Positions 35,791-48,601 of a stretch of 64,000 nucleotides of DNA are shown in pieces (the stretch's first letter is position 1; each line of letters begins with the position of its first letter). Made by a program: the position numbers and the translations under genes. The notes beneath the pieces are model-generated. The model was given only the letters and a program-made list of their open reading frames with translations. It searched no databases and was not told the origin of the DNA. Origin of the DNA: Zancudomyces culisetae HAW-14-8 (taxonomy: Eukaryota > Fungi > Kickxellomycota); contig JBNJNM010000015.1 in NCBI GenBank assembly GCA_052426225.1, forward strand, positions 1,864,186 to 1,928,185, given 5' to 3'.

Positions 35791-38700
35791 CTTATGGTTT
35801 GTTGTGATATGTCTTATAGTATTTTTTCAATAGTTGAGGCGCGTTTATGTTTTCAATCGGCTCCCAGCTTCTTTCACTTATGTCAAAGCCTTTCCAATCA
35901 ACTAAGTAATATTTTTTACCCCGTACAAGCTTGAATCCAAAATAGCCTTAACTTCATATTCTTTATTTCCATTTATAATTAGAGGTGGAGGAAGACTGTT
36001 TAATAATCTGCGGTTACTGCTGGGTTCGATATACGGTTCCAATAACGAGACATGAAAAGTGTTATGGATTTTCATTGATGGCGGGAGGTCTAAACGGACA
36101 GAAACAGGATTGATAATTTTAGAGATGGTGAAAGGTCCTAGAAGTCTATAGTCAAACTTTTTAGAAGGCCTTTGAGTTTTGATATTTTGGCTGGATAGCC
36201 AAACCTTGTCACCTAGTTTATACTTTGGATGTTCAGATCGGTTTACATCAGCATACTTTTTATATTCCTGAGATTTCTTGTTAAGTATGGAAGTGAGGGC
36301 TGATTGAAGTTCTTTGAGTTGTTTTATCCTATCAGAAGCGCTGGGGACGTGAACGTTTTTAGTGATTTGAGGATCAAATCTTGGATGGTAACCATATAGA
36401 GCAAAGAAAGGAGAAGTATTAGTGCTGGAGTGGAGAGTGTTGTTATAAGCAAATTCGGCAATTGGGAGCAGTTCAAACCAATTATCTTGCTGATAGTTGA
36501 TGAAACAGCGTAGATACTGTTCCAATGTTTGATTCACCCGCTCCGTTTGACCGTCTGTCTCTGGATGGAAGGCTGTAGACATTCTAGTATCAACTTTGAG
36601 CAGTTTGAATAGTGAACTCCAAAATTTGGACGAGAATTGGGTTCCACGGTCTGAGATTATGACGTCTGGAAGTCCATGAAGCTTGAATACATGTGTGAAA
36701 AATGCGGAGGCAGTTTCTTCTGAGGATGGCAGCTTCTTAAGCGGGATGAAATGGCTCATTTTAGTGAACCTGTCTACCACTACCATAATAGTAGTGTGCT
36801 TGTTGGATGGAGGAAGATCAGTTATGAAATCCATGGTGATAGATTTCCATGGGCCTGAAGGAGCGGGTAGCGGAAGTAGTTTACCGTAAACTTTGTGTCT
36901 TCTGTCCTTTGATCTATTGCATGTATCACAGGTTTGAACAAACTCTTTAATAAATTTGCGCATTCCTGGAAACCAAAAGTCTCGTTCCACGAGCTCCAAT
37001 GTCTTCTTAGCACCAAAATGGCCGGCTGGGCCACTGTCATGTCTAGAACTTACAACTTGCGGCTTCATTTTGTCGGGGACGACAACACGGTTTCCAAGCA
37101 TTACAATCCCATCTTCGACTTCTACTGGCTCGTTAGACTTATGGCTGCTCTGGTATCTTGCGGCATCCAATAATCCTTCTAGATGGGCTTTGCTGGATTT
37201 GGCGATTTCTTGAGCAAAATCACTGTCCACTATGCTAATAATGTCTATGAAGTGGTCTTCGCCTATGATGTTGTTGTTGGCGACCTTATCAGGTGTGTGA
37301 TTGGGTAAACGAGAAAGAGCGTCAGGTTTGCCTCCTTGAGATCCAGGCCTGTAGGTTATGATGAAGCTGAATCTACTGAGATCAAGTGACCACCTTGCGT
37401 GTCTTCTGTTGAGTGACTTCAGATTTTTAAAGGTCTCCAGATTCTTATGGTCAGTAAGAATCTTGAACGGGATGGAGGAGCCTTCCAGATGATGTCGCCA
37501 TTCTTTGAGAGCCTTGATGATTGCCAAAAGTTCCTTGTCATAGATATTATAGTTGGATTCGGCAGTGTTGAGTTTGTAAGAGTAGTAGGCACAAGGACGG
37601 AGATCACCGTTTTCATCTTCTTGGGACAGAGCAGCCCCAATGGCGTAGTCTGAGGCGTCAGTTTCCAGAATAAACTGTTTTCCTGGGTCAGGGTATCTGA
37701 GAACGGGGGAAGTGGTGAGATCCTGGATAAGAGTATTAAAGGCTTCACCTGCCTCCTTACTCCAAACGAACGGTGTATCCTTTTTCAGAAGTCTTGTGAT
37801 TGGCAGGGCTTTCAGCGAGAAGTATGGGATAAACTTTCGGTAGTAATTGGCAAAACCGAGAAACTTCTGGACCTCCTTGACATTGGTGGGTGGTAGCCAT
37901 TCCTTTACACACTTGACTTTAGCAGGATCGGTGGCTATTCCATCTGAAGACACAAAATGGCCTAGAAATTCAACTTCCCTGATATGGAAGTGACATTTTT
38001 CGGCGTTACAGTACAGACCATTTTCAAGCAGCTTTTTCAGAACAGATTTCACATGATTGATGTGAGTGTCAGTGTCATTGGAAAATATCAAGATGTCGTC
38101 AAGGTATGCAATTGCATAGAGATCCAATACATCTCGTAACACATCATTGATAAAGTGCTGAAAGGTAGCGGGAGCATTTGTCAAGCCAAATGGCATGACC
38201 TGGTACTCAAAGTGGCCATATCTGCACCTAAATGCAGTTTTCCACTCGTCACCTTCCTTGATCCGCACCAAGTTGTAGGCACCTTTGTGATCCAATTTTG
38301 TAAAGACCTTGGCTGTACGCAGCCGATCGAACGCCTCATCAATCCTAGGTAATGGGTACCTATTCTTGATGGTAGCTTCGTTCAATCGGCGGTAGTCAAC
38401 ACAAAGGCGCAAGTCTCCAGACTTCTTCTTTACAAACATGATTGGTGCACCGGCAGGGGAGACAGAGCGTCTGATGAAGCCATTGGTGAGGTTTTCGCGG
38501 ATGTAACCTCTTAGAGACTCTAACTCTACTTCAGATAGCGGGTATATTGGCCCCCAGTATGGGGTGTAACCCTCTTTGGTGTTGACAGGACAGTCATAAC
38601 GGCGGTGAGGAGGAAGTGAAACGGCAGACTTGGGATTGAACACTTCCTTGAATTCAGAGTATATTACTGGAAGTTGCGGAAATTCTTCCAAGTACTCTAG

Positions 38701-39741
38701 CGGGGACTCAGAAACGGCAAAAGTTACAGGATCTGGATCCAAGGAATATTCTGGCTCGGGGGTGGTGACTGGGGTATTTTTATGAAATGGCCGGGATCTG
38801 ACGACTGGTTCTCTTGGCTCAATTTTCTTCAGGATTGCTTTGGGAAGTTCAGGTCTGAGTGGTACTTTTGGAACAGGGGTTACTGGACGACGGGGCTCAG
38901 GAATTTGCTTAACATGGTTATTTACTCGATTCTCAATAGCGGTGGGTTTGGGCAAACTTTGGGTTTCAGGTTCTGGAGTGACTGATTGGACTGGTGCAGG
39001 AACAGGAACAGGAAGAATCTCTTCAATTCTGGCGTATGGATTTGACGGAGCTGGGCTGGGGAGATCAGGAGACGGAGGCGGTGAAAATCTTTGATTTTCA
39101 GTGTTTGAATCGTCCAACTTGACCGATTCGAGCAACTTGGCACTGTGTGGAAGCAGGGAAGTTGATAATCTATTCAACACCCTTTGGAGGATAGTTGGGT
39201 TTGTGGACGTATTCTGACTAATATTTTGTTCTACTGGATCTGGATCTGGTTCATCAGGTGACTTGAACACGGCCTGGATGGAGTGGGTATCAACACAATT
39301 TGTACTGCAAAAGTCAGAGTCGAAGTGGATCTGGAGGTCTGGCCAAGTTATACTAGGATTGTGTTTGCGTAACCAGGGTAATCCAAAAATAATGTCAGCG
39401 TGATTGGTTGGAATCGGGATAAGGTCTAGGTGTTCAGAGTGGTTAGGACCGGACTTGATATGGGCATTATCAACCTTGACATTTATGCCCCCTGGGTATA
39501 TCTGGTGACCATCAACACTTTATAGGACGATGGTTTTTACTGCTTCTTTGGTTGGGAGGTTTAGTTTTTCTAATAAATCTTGACGAATAAAGTTGGCTGA
39601 AGCACCGGAGTCCACTAATGCAACAAGTTCGTATAGATTATTTAAAACAACTTTAATATGAAATTTATTACTAGAAATATTAGAATTATTAGCTACGCTC
39701 AGGAGTAACTCCCGGACTACATCTGAGCACTGTCTTTTGGC
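35791..39741 (-). pseudogene. pol: Pol of B2 (TAA at 39520-39522; 1-nt deletion near 35932)
   Basis: Near-identical to B1 pol; longest open part 35902-39270. Confidence 0.93.
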
Positions 39742-40670
39742 ACCCCAGGTATAGGGGGTCTTGGCCTGCGGAGCGGACAGTTACGGAGAATGTGGTTCGG
39801 CTGACCACAGTATAGACAAAGATTATTGGCTAATCTTCTCTGACGTTCGGCTGTATCTAGCGGTGCTCTTGGACGGGAGGTGACGGCATCAACGTCCATT
39901 GGTTCAGGAGCCTGGTGATCTGGGACAGGCATGGCTGGACGGGGGAAGACCGGTGGAGCCGGAGTACTCCAGTTGCGGAATGGGACGCTTCTCTTGGGCA
40001 GGTAGGCACTGCGGGCATTGATTCTGTTCTCAAGCTCAATCACCTGATCAATGAGCTGGTCCAAGGTGTTTGGTAGCGGTTCAGTGGCAAGGCGCTGGAC
40101 AAGGCTAGTATCCAATCCGATGTAAAACAGGTGAATTTTGGCTGGCTCGTTGAATCCACTGAGAGAGGCGAGGTTTCTGAACTCGGTTGCAAATTCCAGG
40201 ACGGAACGCTGGGACTGGCGGCAACTATGAAGCTGGGTGATAGCTCGGGCTTGGTGGCCAGGATCTGAGAATCTCTTTTGAAATTCATTCTCAAACCCTT
40301 TGAAATCTGAGAGCAACGGTGATTGGGTATCGATAAGGTTATCGAACCACAGGGCAGCATGACCGGCAAGGTGAGAACTGATGAACCATATCTTGTTATG
40401 GTCACTCTGGAACACGTCTGTTCTGGCCCAGAACTGGCGCTTGATCTCGGCGGTGAAGGCTCGGAACCTTCCTGATTCTCCTGAGTATTTCTGGATTTCT
40501 GGTATTCTGATACCATCAATCCTTGGCTGCGGATTTGGTGCAGGCAAATTCTGCAACTGACTGGGGACTTGGGCGGGTGTCTGGGCTTGAGCCTGGGCTT
40601 GAGCTTGACTATCTTGCAAAGCTTGTTGCATAGCTAATTTTGCGATCTCATCTAATTGGTGGACCATCAT
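39717..40670 (-). CDS. gag: Gag of B2
   Basis: Two amino-acid differences from B1 Gag. Confidence 0.92.
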   Translation of the reverse strand: MMVHQLDEIAKLAMQQALQDSQAQAQAQAQTPAQVPSQLQNLPAPNPQPRIDGIRIPEIQKYSGESGRFRAFTAEIKRQFWARTDVFQSDHNKIWFISSHLAGHAALWFDNLIDTQSPLLSDFKGFENEFQKRFSDPGHQARAITQLHSCRQSQRSVLEFATEFRNLASLSGFNEPAKIHLFYIGLDTSLVQRLATEPLPNTLDQLIDQVIELENRINARSAYLPKRSVPFRNWSTPAPPVFPRPAMPVPDHQAPEPMDVDAVTSRPRAPLDTAERQRRLANNLCLYCGQPNHILRNCPLRRPRPPIPGVPKDSAQM

Positions 40671-41958
40671 TAACTCTTCAACCAATAATTAGAAGTTTCC
40701 CAAAATGTCAGGAAACTAATTTATTTAAGTTGGGAAACTTAATGTTCCCAAGTTAGGATTCAAAGGTAATTAAATATGATTAAAAATAAATATTAAAACT
40801 TATGGGTAAATAATGCGATTCTGACAATACGGTTTGATATTAAGGACTACAAAAATCATTTCTAGTACAATTAATTGTTCCTCCTCAGTTATGATTTGTA
40901 ATATCATTACTGATTTTATGATATGAATATTATATTTATATAGAATCAAGTTTCTAAAGATGAATATATGAATTAGTGTGTATAATATTTTTTAGTAAAC
41001 TATAAATACTATTGTAGATTGTAGTTGTATTATCATAACGAACACTTGTAAATATAATTGAATTTAATATTTAAATATGTGCATATATATATTATGTTCT
41101 TGCTTTTTGCTACTTTCTATCTATAAATTAATGTTGTTGGTTGTATCTGATTATAATAGTTATATTCTTTATGATTTAGAAATATGAATAACCATGTATT
41201 GTTCTTCGTTGGTAGTTACATATTTATCTATTCGAAGCTGCTTTAAAAAGTTAATATATTATTTATCTAATAATAGGTGTAGAAAGCTATATCTATTAAA
41301 CTATTATTAAAATAATTAAAAATATTAAAGTTACTTAGTCAGCTGTTAGATATCGTTATGTATTTGTGAAAATTATAAGAATAAATATTAATTCTAGAAA
41401 CGATAATGATTATTTTCACTAAAAATGGTATTTGGTATAAATAGCATAATTTTTCAATCTTGGTATCTGAAAATATTATATAAATACAAGAATAAAATTT
41501 GGTTGATCAAAATAGTGCTAAGTATATTTGTGATTAGGTTGGTAATTTGAATTTCCAAAATTATTTATCAGAGTTTGTGAGGTTGATTTAAAGTTCTTCC
41601 GATTCATTGGAAAAATGACCATGAATACCGACATTCCGTGTCGGAGCATCTATAGGGATAGGATTGGGGCTGGGTTTGTATCAGCCCTATAATTATCCTT
41701 GATATATTCGGCTTGAGCTTTTTTTAGCCCAAATTTTAGTAGGTAATCACCAAGATTCGGTGATTTTTTTCAAGCAATAATTTATCTATGATTGTTTCTT
41801 AGAGCAGTTTTGGATTCGTTGAGTTCATGTAAGAATCTTTGTAATATTTGGTAGTTTGAATGTTTGTTGTAGAATATGAATAATGGAACAATGATTTTAG
41901 AAGGTTTATTGGTCTTTATAGCTATAATTTTTTAACTTGTATGTGTTTTTAATATGTA

Positions 41959-43562
41959 CAGTGACTCAAATAATTGTTCAAATGTTTTTGATGTTCATTC
42001 AAAAATTATATTTCTCACAAATACTATATCGTATCACTATAAATTTTAAAAATATTATAAATCCATATACCATGTATAACATATAAATTTTGAAGAATAC
42101 TGAAACAGCCAATCAACTGTAGTTATACTTTTTGTATTAATATTTTATTTGAACAATTATTTGGTTTTAAATTTAAATTTTAATTTAGATTATATCTTAT
42201 TCATAATGTTAGATATCATTTTAAAATTTATAAGTTACTAAATTAACTTTAATTATCTACACAATACATTATATTATTAAAATTTAAATATTTGATCAAT
42301 TTAAATACGATGATAAAACTAAATAATGAAAAAGTTTGGAGTGACAAAATCTGCTGAATAATGGAAATATTATAGCTATATAAATTTTAAACTATCTATA
42401 AGTAAAGGAACAATCACTAACATAAAAAAAAATTCATGTTCATCAATAAAAAATTTATCTCCTGGCTGCCCAAATAAATTGACAAAAGCAAATGAGCGAT
42501 TAATAATACGGAAAATTACGTCTGGACAATTTGATACAGCGACAGACGCTACAAAATTTCTCAAGGATAATGGCCTCGTATCTGTGGTTCCTCAAACAGT
42601 GCGGAATAGCTTGAAAAAAAGTGGTTTAAGTTCAAAACCTAAGGTCAAAAAACCTATGCTAAAATTAGGCCATATTAAACAACGACTTGCATTTGCTAAA
42701 AAATATCAGCATTGGACTGTAGAAGACTGGAAACGTGTGATATGGTCTGACGAGACTAAAATTAACAGATTTGGGTCAGATGGGCGCATGTGGTGCTGGA
42801 AAAAACAAGGGAGCCAGTTAAAACCGAACCATGTTAAAAAAACTATAAAACATGATGGAGGCTCAATCATGATATGGGGATGCATGACATCAGAAGGCCC
42901 AGGATATCGTACTAAAATTGATTGCGGACTTAATGCAGAAGTGTACTGTGATATTCTTGAAGATGAACTGGTAAAATCAATGAAGTGATGCGGCTTAGAC
43001 AGGGAAAGTACAACTTTTCAGCATGATATCGATCCAAAACACACCGCTAAAATCACAAAAGCCTGGTTGCAAACTAACTCAATTCAGCGCTTGACTGACC
43101 AGCGCGTCACCTGACCTAAATCCAATTGAACATATATGGGTCAATTTGAAAAGACGGCTGTCAAATCACGAAAATGCACCAAAAGGGATAAACGAACTTT
43201 GGGACCGCGTACAAGACGAGTGGAATAATACATCACGTGACGAGTTTATGTCGCTAATCAGTAGCATGCCAACAAGTAATATTGCATATTGAAAGCCAGG
43301 GGTGGATATACTAAATACTAGTTTAATTAAGTTTACATATTTTTTTATTATTAGCAAAAAAATTGTTAAAATATATTATTTTTACAAAAAGTTTAACTAC
43401 AGTTGATTGGCTGGTTCAAGTATTCTTCAAAATTGATAGGTAATACATGGTATATTAATGTATAAAAATTGTAATTTTAATAGTGATACGATATAATATT
43501 CGTGAGATATACTAATTTTTGAATGAACATCAAAAACATTTGAACAATTTTTAGAGTCACTG
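41959..43562 (+). mobile_element. Second Tc1/mariner transposon (~170-bp TIRs)
   Basis: TA|CAGTGACTC...GAGTCACTG|TA. Confidence 0.92.
42310..43320 (+). pseudogene. Tc1-family transposase with stops and frameshifts
   Basis: IWSDETKINRFGSDG, FQHDIDPKH, SPDLNPIE; stop at 42986-42988. Confidence 0.88.
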
Positions 43563-46500
43563 TATATGGAAGGCAAAGCCGGGATGGCACGAGACTTATA
43601 TTATGCAGAGTTAGATAAAGATGGTTCAAAAACTAAGGAATTAGGAACAATAGCAGAATTGATAAAATACTTCTCACCTACGTTTATACAAGAAAATGCA
43701 TTATTAAATTTAAGACAAAGATTATTAGATTTAAAATAAACAGGGTCTCTACAAGAATAATACAAAAATTAAAATTAATTGTAGGTTCAGTAACATTTGA
43801 GGAAGTTGGGAGAGAACATTTCTATTTTTTAACGGGTTAAATAAGATATTATAAGGCAGTATTAGATCGTGTACCCAAAAAGTTTGAAGATGCTAAGAAA
43901 TACGCTTTAGAATACATCACAAAAAAGGAAACCACAATGTCAATGTAAAGAACAAACCAACCAGAGTACATGGACGTAGACGCATTAAAAGTAACAGACG
44001 AAAAAAAGGTAGAAGAAGCTGCGGCAATTAGACAAGACTATAGAATGCAAAACAAAAGAATCATAGTTTATATAGAAGTTGGGGGTGAACGAATACCAGT
44101 AGCCACGTATTCAGAAGAAGGAAAAAGATATTTTGCCACACACAGACTTTGTTTTAAGTGTGGTAGGAACGGACAAATTGCAAATAACTGCCAACTAAAA
44201 GCCTGAGGGTCCCCGTCTTTGGGTCGACAGGGAACCAAAATTCACACTTACCCGATCTGGTTACAAGGCAAAAGCAACAAAAACTAATGGACCAAGTATT
44301 CGAAAAGTTAGATAAACATGACGAGGAAATCGAAAAGACGCGAGAAATACAAAACGAAATAACAATTGCCAACAGGAAGCAAAGAATATAAAACCACTTT
44401 AAAGGAAACAAAATAAATAACAATAATAATTTTTTTAAACCCGTACATAGAGATAGTTTTATAGAAAATAAAAATTTTAAAAATTTAATACAATATATAA
44501 AAAAATTATTACATACACAAAAGATAAAAAAAATATAAAAGATACAGAATCTAAAAATGAATTTAAAAACAACAAATACAATAATATGAAGAACGATTGG
44601 AGGGACAAACAAATGATTATAAACTCTGACAGTGAGAGTTCAGAAACGAATAGCGGATACGAAAGTGTTTCGGAAGAACTTTAATTATACGACGAAGATC
44701 ATTTAAATAAAAATATAAATTTATCCTACGAGCTAGACGATCTAGACATAACAGATAGCGAAATAAGAAAAGAAAGAATGGAGGACATAATAAATTTAAG
44801 TGCCTTAGGTTTGGATGAAGGATAACCGATAATTATAAGCAGCATAAAAGGAATAAAGATAAAAATATTTTTTGACTAATGAGCAACAACGAGCTTTATC
44901 GATGATAGTTTAGTGTCAAAATTAAAATTAACAAGAGTACCAACAACGAAGAGAATTTAAAAACGGCAGACGGTAAAGAAAACGAAAGTACAGAAATAAT
45001 CAACAAGGAGATTAAGTTGGATGGAGTGACTTTACCAGTAAAAGCTATAGTGTTCAAATTAGACTCCATCGACGTTATTTTAGGTTTTGATTTTTTGAAA
45101 GAGTTTAGACTTAGCTACAATCATGAAAAAGACATTTGGAACTTTTTTTATAACAATAAACAACATTACATATACCCTAAGGACAACAGTATTATTAGTA
45201 GAAACTCAGTTGCAAAACTAATTAATAAGAGTCAAGTAGAATAATTTTTTACGATAGTTACTAAAAAAAGAATCAAATCAATCAACAACGAAATATGGAA
45301 CCGAAAAAATTCAAAAAATCGTTAATAATTTAATGGGTTATTCGAGGTAAAGGAAGAAACACTGCCACCAGAATGAGATATATCACATAAAATAGTTACA
45401 ACAAATGAGATTCCAGTCGCCAAAACTAGTTATAGGGTAAATGGGAAACAAGCACTAGAAATAAAAGAACAAATAAATAAACTATTAAACAAATAGATTA
45501 TCCAACCATCGACATCGCCTTGTGCTAACCCAGTTATTTTAGTTAACAAGAAAGATAATACGTACCGAATGTGTGTCGACTATAGAGCATTAAATAAGGT
45601 GACCGTTAAAGACAGATACCCGTTACCGAGAATAGACGAAAGCTTCGACAAACTAGCGGGAGCAAGGTTTTTATCTGCTTTCGACTTAAAAAGTGGATAC
45701 CATCAGATAAGAATGGAACCGAATTCAGTGGAAAAAACAGCATTTATAACTATTATGGAAGTTACGAATATCTAGCAATGCCGTTCGGATTGTGCAATGC
45801 ACCGAGCACTTTCCAGAGACTGATGAACAATCTTTAAGAGAATACTTGGAAGAATTTGTGTTGGTATATTTAGATGACATTTTGATTTTTCAAGACAATG
45901 AGAACATGAAATACATCTAAAATTAGTACTAAATAAACTACTTGTACACAAGTTGATTATAAATCTAAAAAAATGTAGTTTTGGAGTAAAAAGAATTATA
46001 TTTTTAGGTCATCTAATTAATAACGGAAGTATTAGTCCATGCAAAGATAAAGCCGAAGAAATAATAAAATGAGAAAAACCGAATAATATTCGACAACTAT
46101 TGGGATATTTAAGACTAAGCAATTATTACAGGAAATTTCTTGCAAGATTCGCAAACATGGCGAAACCTCTGTACTATCTAAGTCATGGCTATAAAAACAT
46201 TAATGAAAAGGTTACCTGGACAGTGGAAGAAACAAAATCAATAGTCAAATAAAGGAAGCAATAACTAATGCAGACAGATTGTATCCACCAGAAGGGATAA
46301 AAAGTTCGTTATCGAAACGGATGCCAGCGGAGTAGCAATAGGAGGGGTTCTGTTACAAGATCAGGAAGTAGGTCGAGTCCCCATCGCATTCGAATCTAGA
46401 GAGTTAAATAAAGCGGAACAAAATTATTCAGTAAATGAAAGAGAAATGTTAGCATTATTAATGCATTTAAAACATGGAAACATTACCTTATTAACGGAGT

Positions 46501-48601
46501 AACAGTACATACAGACCATAGGACGCTGACATAATTTTTTAAAAAAAATGAACCAACAGGAAGGATCGCTAGGTGGCTAGAAGAATGGCAATATCTAAAC
46601 CCGGAGATCAAACATATCAAAGGAAAGGAAAATATGGGAGCGGATGCGTTATCAAGAAAAAAGTATATTAACAGTATGGAAACAATGGAATGGCCTGAAC
46701 TAGTTATAGATTGTATTAAGGATGGCTATAACGAAAAACCAGAGAATATTAGACACCTATTCGATAAAGATAGAAGCAAATTTGAATACATTAATAACAT
46801 TTTATATAGGAAAGTATATAACCAATATTTACCGTATATACATATAAATCAATGAGAAGATTTAATAAATGCTTACCATGTGTCATAAATCATAATAATT
46901 ATTACAAATATTATTTAATTTTAGTGTCAATAAACCTATTAGTATTACATAATGTATTTAACTAGTTCTAGAACTATGTTATATAATATGTAAAGTTCAG
47001 TTAGTTATTCATTAGTTTAAGTACTTAATCTAGATTGTTTGATTAGTAAGCAACATTATAACCTGCTTACTAATCCACTATACCTATAAGCACTAGAAGT
47101 TATAAGTTAAATTCTATAGTGATTTTTCAGTTGATTTTTGATAGTTCAACAACTATAAATAGTCTTTGTATTTTATATTTTATTTATCCTTATCTGACAA
47201 CAATTGTCGTAACTAAATAAAGTAGTACTCGGCTAAATCTATACTTCAAATAAATAAATAAATAATACTAGTTAAATATAATCCTTCCTAATCCTGACAC
47301 CATGTAAGTGCAGCACACCTAAGTATAAACAACGTGTACAACCTGATGAGGCTCCGTTGCTGGTGGCCGAATATGCGACAAACGATAACAGCGGAATTGG
47401 CAAAGTGCGAGGCTTGCCAATTATCAGCTAAAGGCAAAGGAACATCAGCACCACTACACCCATTGAAACCAGCAGACGAAGCTTTTTCCAGATGGGGGAT
47501 AGATTTTATCGTTCCCCTACCGAAAACAAAGAGAGGAAACAAGTGGATTCTAGTCGCGGTAGACTACCTAACAGGGTGGGTCATAACACAAGCTACGACC
47601 GATGCAGCTACAGATACAACTGCTAAACTTATATACAAAAAAATTATGTTAACGTTTGGTTACCCAAAAGAAATTATAAGTGATAGAGGTAAACAGTTTA
47701 CAGCAGAAACATTAAGAACATATTTAAGAATACTAGAAGTAAATCACAAACTCACTAGCGCTTACCATCCACAAATGAATGGAAAAACCGAGCGAGTGAA
47801 TGGAATCATCTCGACAGCTATAGCAAAAATGGTTAACAATACAAAAACTAATTGGGATATATTCCTACCTCAAGCCACATGGGCCGCACGTATTCGCACA
47901 AATCGATCGACCGGTATATCTTCATATTACTTAGTTTTCGGACAAATACCAAAATTTCCAGGAGATACAGAACCACCGTTGATAAAGTCAAGAAATAATT
48001 ATAATAAGGCTTGGGATAAGGTAATTAACTGAATTCGCGAACAAAATAAAGTCAGGAAAAATGCCATAAAAAACCAAAAAAATTTTGCTGAAAAATGAAA
48101 ATTTTTTTTTAAAGATATTATATTTTCAATCATTGGAAATCAACGATTGAATACTATTGAAAAAATTTAACAGAAAAAAATTGGAACCTTAGATTGCTGG
48201 CCCATTCAAATTATTGAAAAAACACCATTTAACACATTTAAACTGCGCTCACCTTAATGGTGAAATATTCGAATATTTAGTACATCACGACAGATTAAAA
48301 CGAGCATTTATAAGAAACGAAAAATCAAAAAGGAGACCATGGAACAAATTTAGAAACAGAGTAGAGGACCTCTGAATTGAGGAAGGAGATGATATCGTGA
48401 TCAACCGTTCACATTCAGAAACATGAAACACGGAGACGAGCATAATTAGCTCAATACATTTTTAAATATATATAAGTGCTTAAAGACGCACAGGGGGAAT
48501 AGGGAGTTCAGTAAAGTAGTTTGTTAAGGTTTAGTCAGGTAATCATATAGCCATATGGTTAAGTTAGTAAAGATACATTTATAGTTGCCGATATCACGAC
48601 A
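43563..48601 (+). mobile_element. Element I: decayed Gypsy gag-pol with PPT and 3' LTR (about 48393-48601)
   Basis: CFKCGRNGQIANNC, MCVDYRALN, YLDD, GADALSR, integrase 47334-48032; PPT GAGGAAGGAGATGA; LTR T.TCGTGAT...ATCACGACA. Confidence 0.85.
46881..47299 (+). repeat. Solo chromovirus LTR (419 bp) inserted in element I
   Basis: TGTCA...TGACA; perfect CCATG TSD; contains CCTTATCTGACAACAATTGTC shared with the E LTR. Confidence 0.9.

Larger units (their letters stand above)
35230..40826 (-). mobile_element. Element B2: full-length but defective copy of B1
   Basis: 121-bp LTRs 35230-35350 and 40706-40826 (about 2 differences); no TSD (TCGGC/ATACG); nonsense codon in protease; frameshift in chromodomain. 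Confidence 0.96.

Noticed and set aside
44154-44612. Hydrophobic 152-aa ORF
   Set aside because: Antisense reading of A-rich decayed gag-pol sequence.
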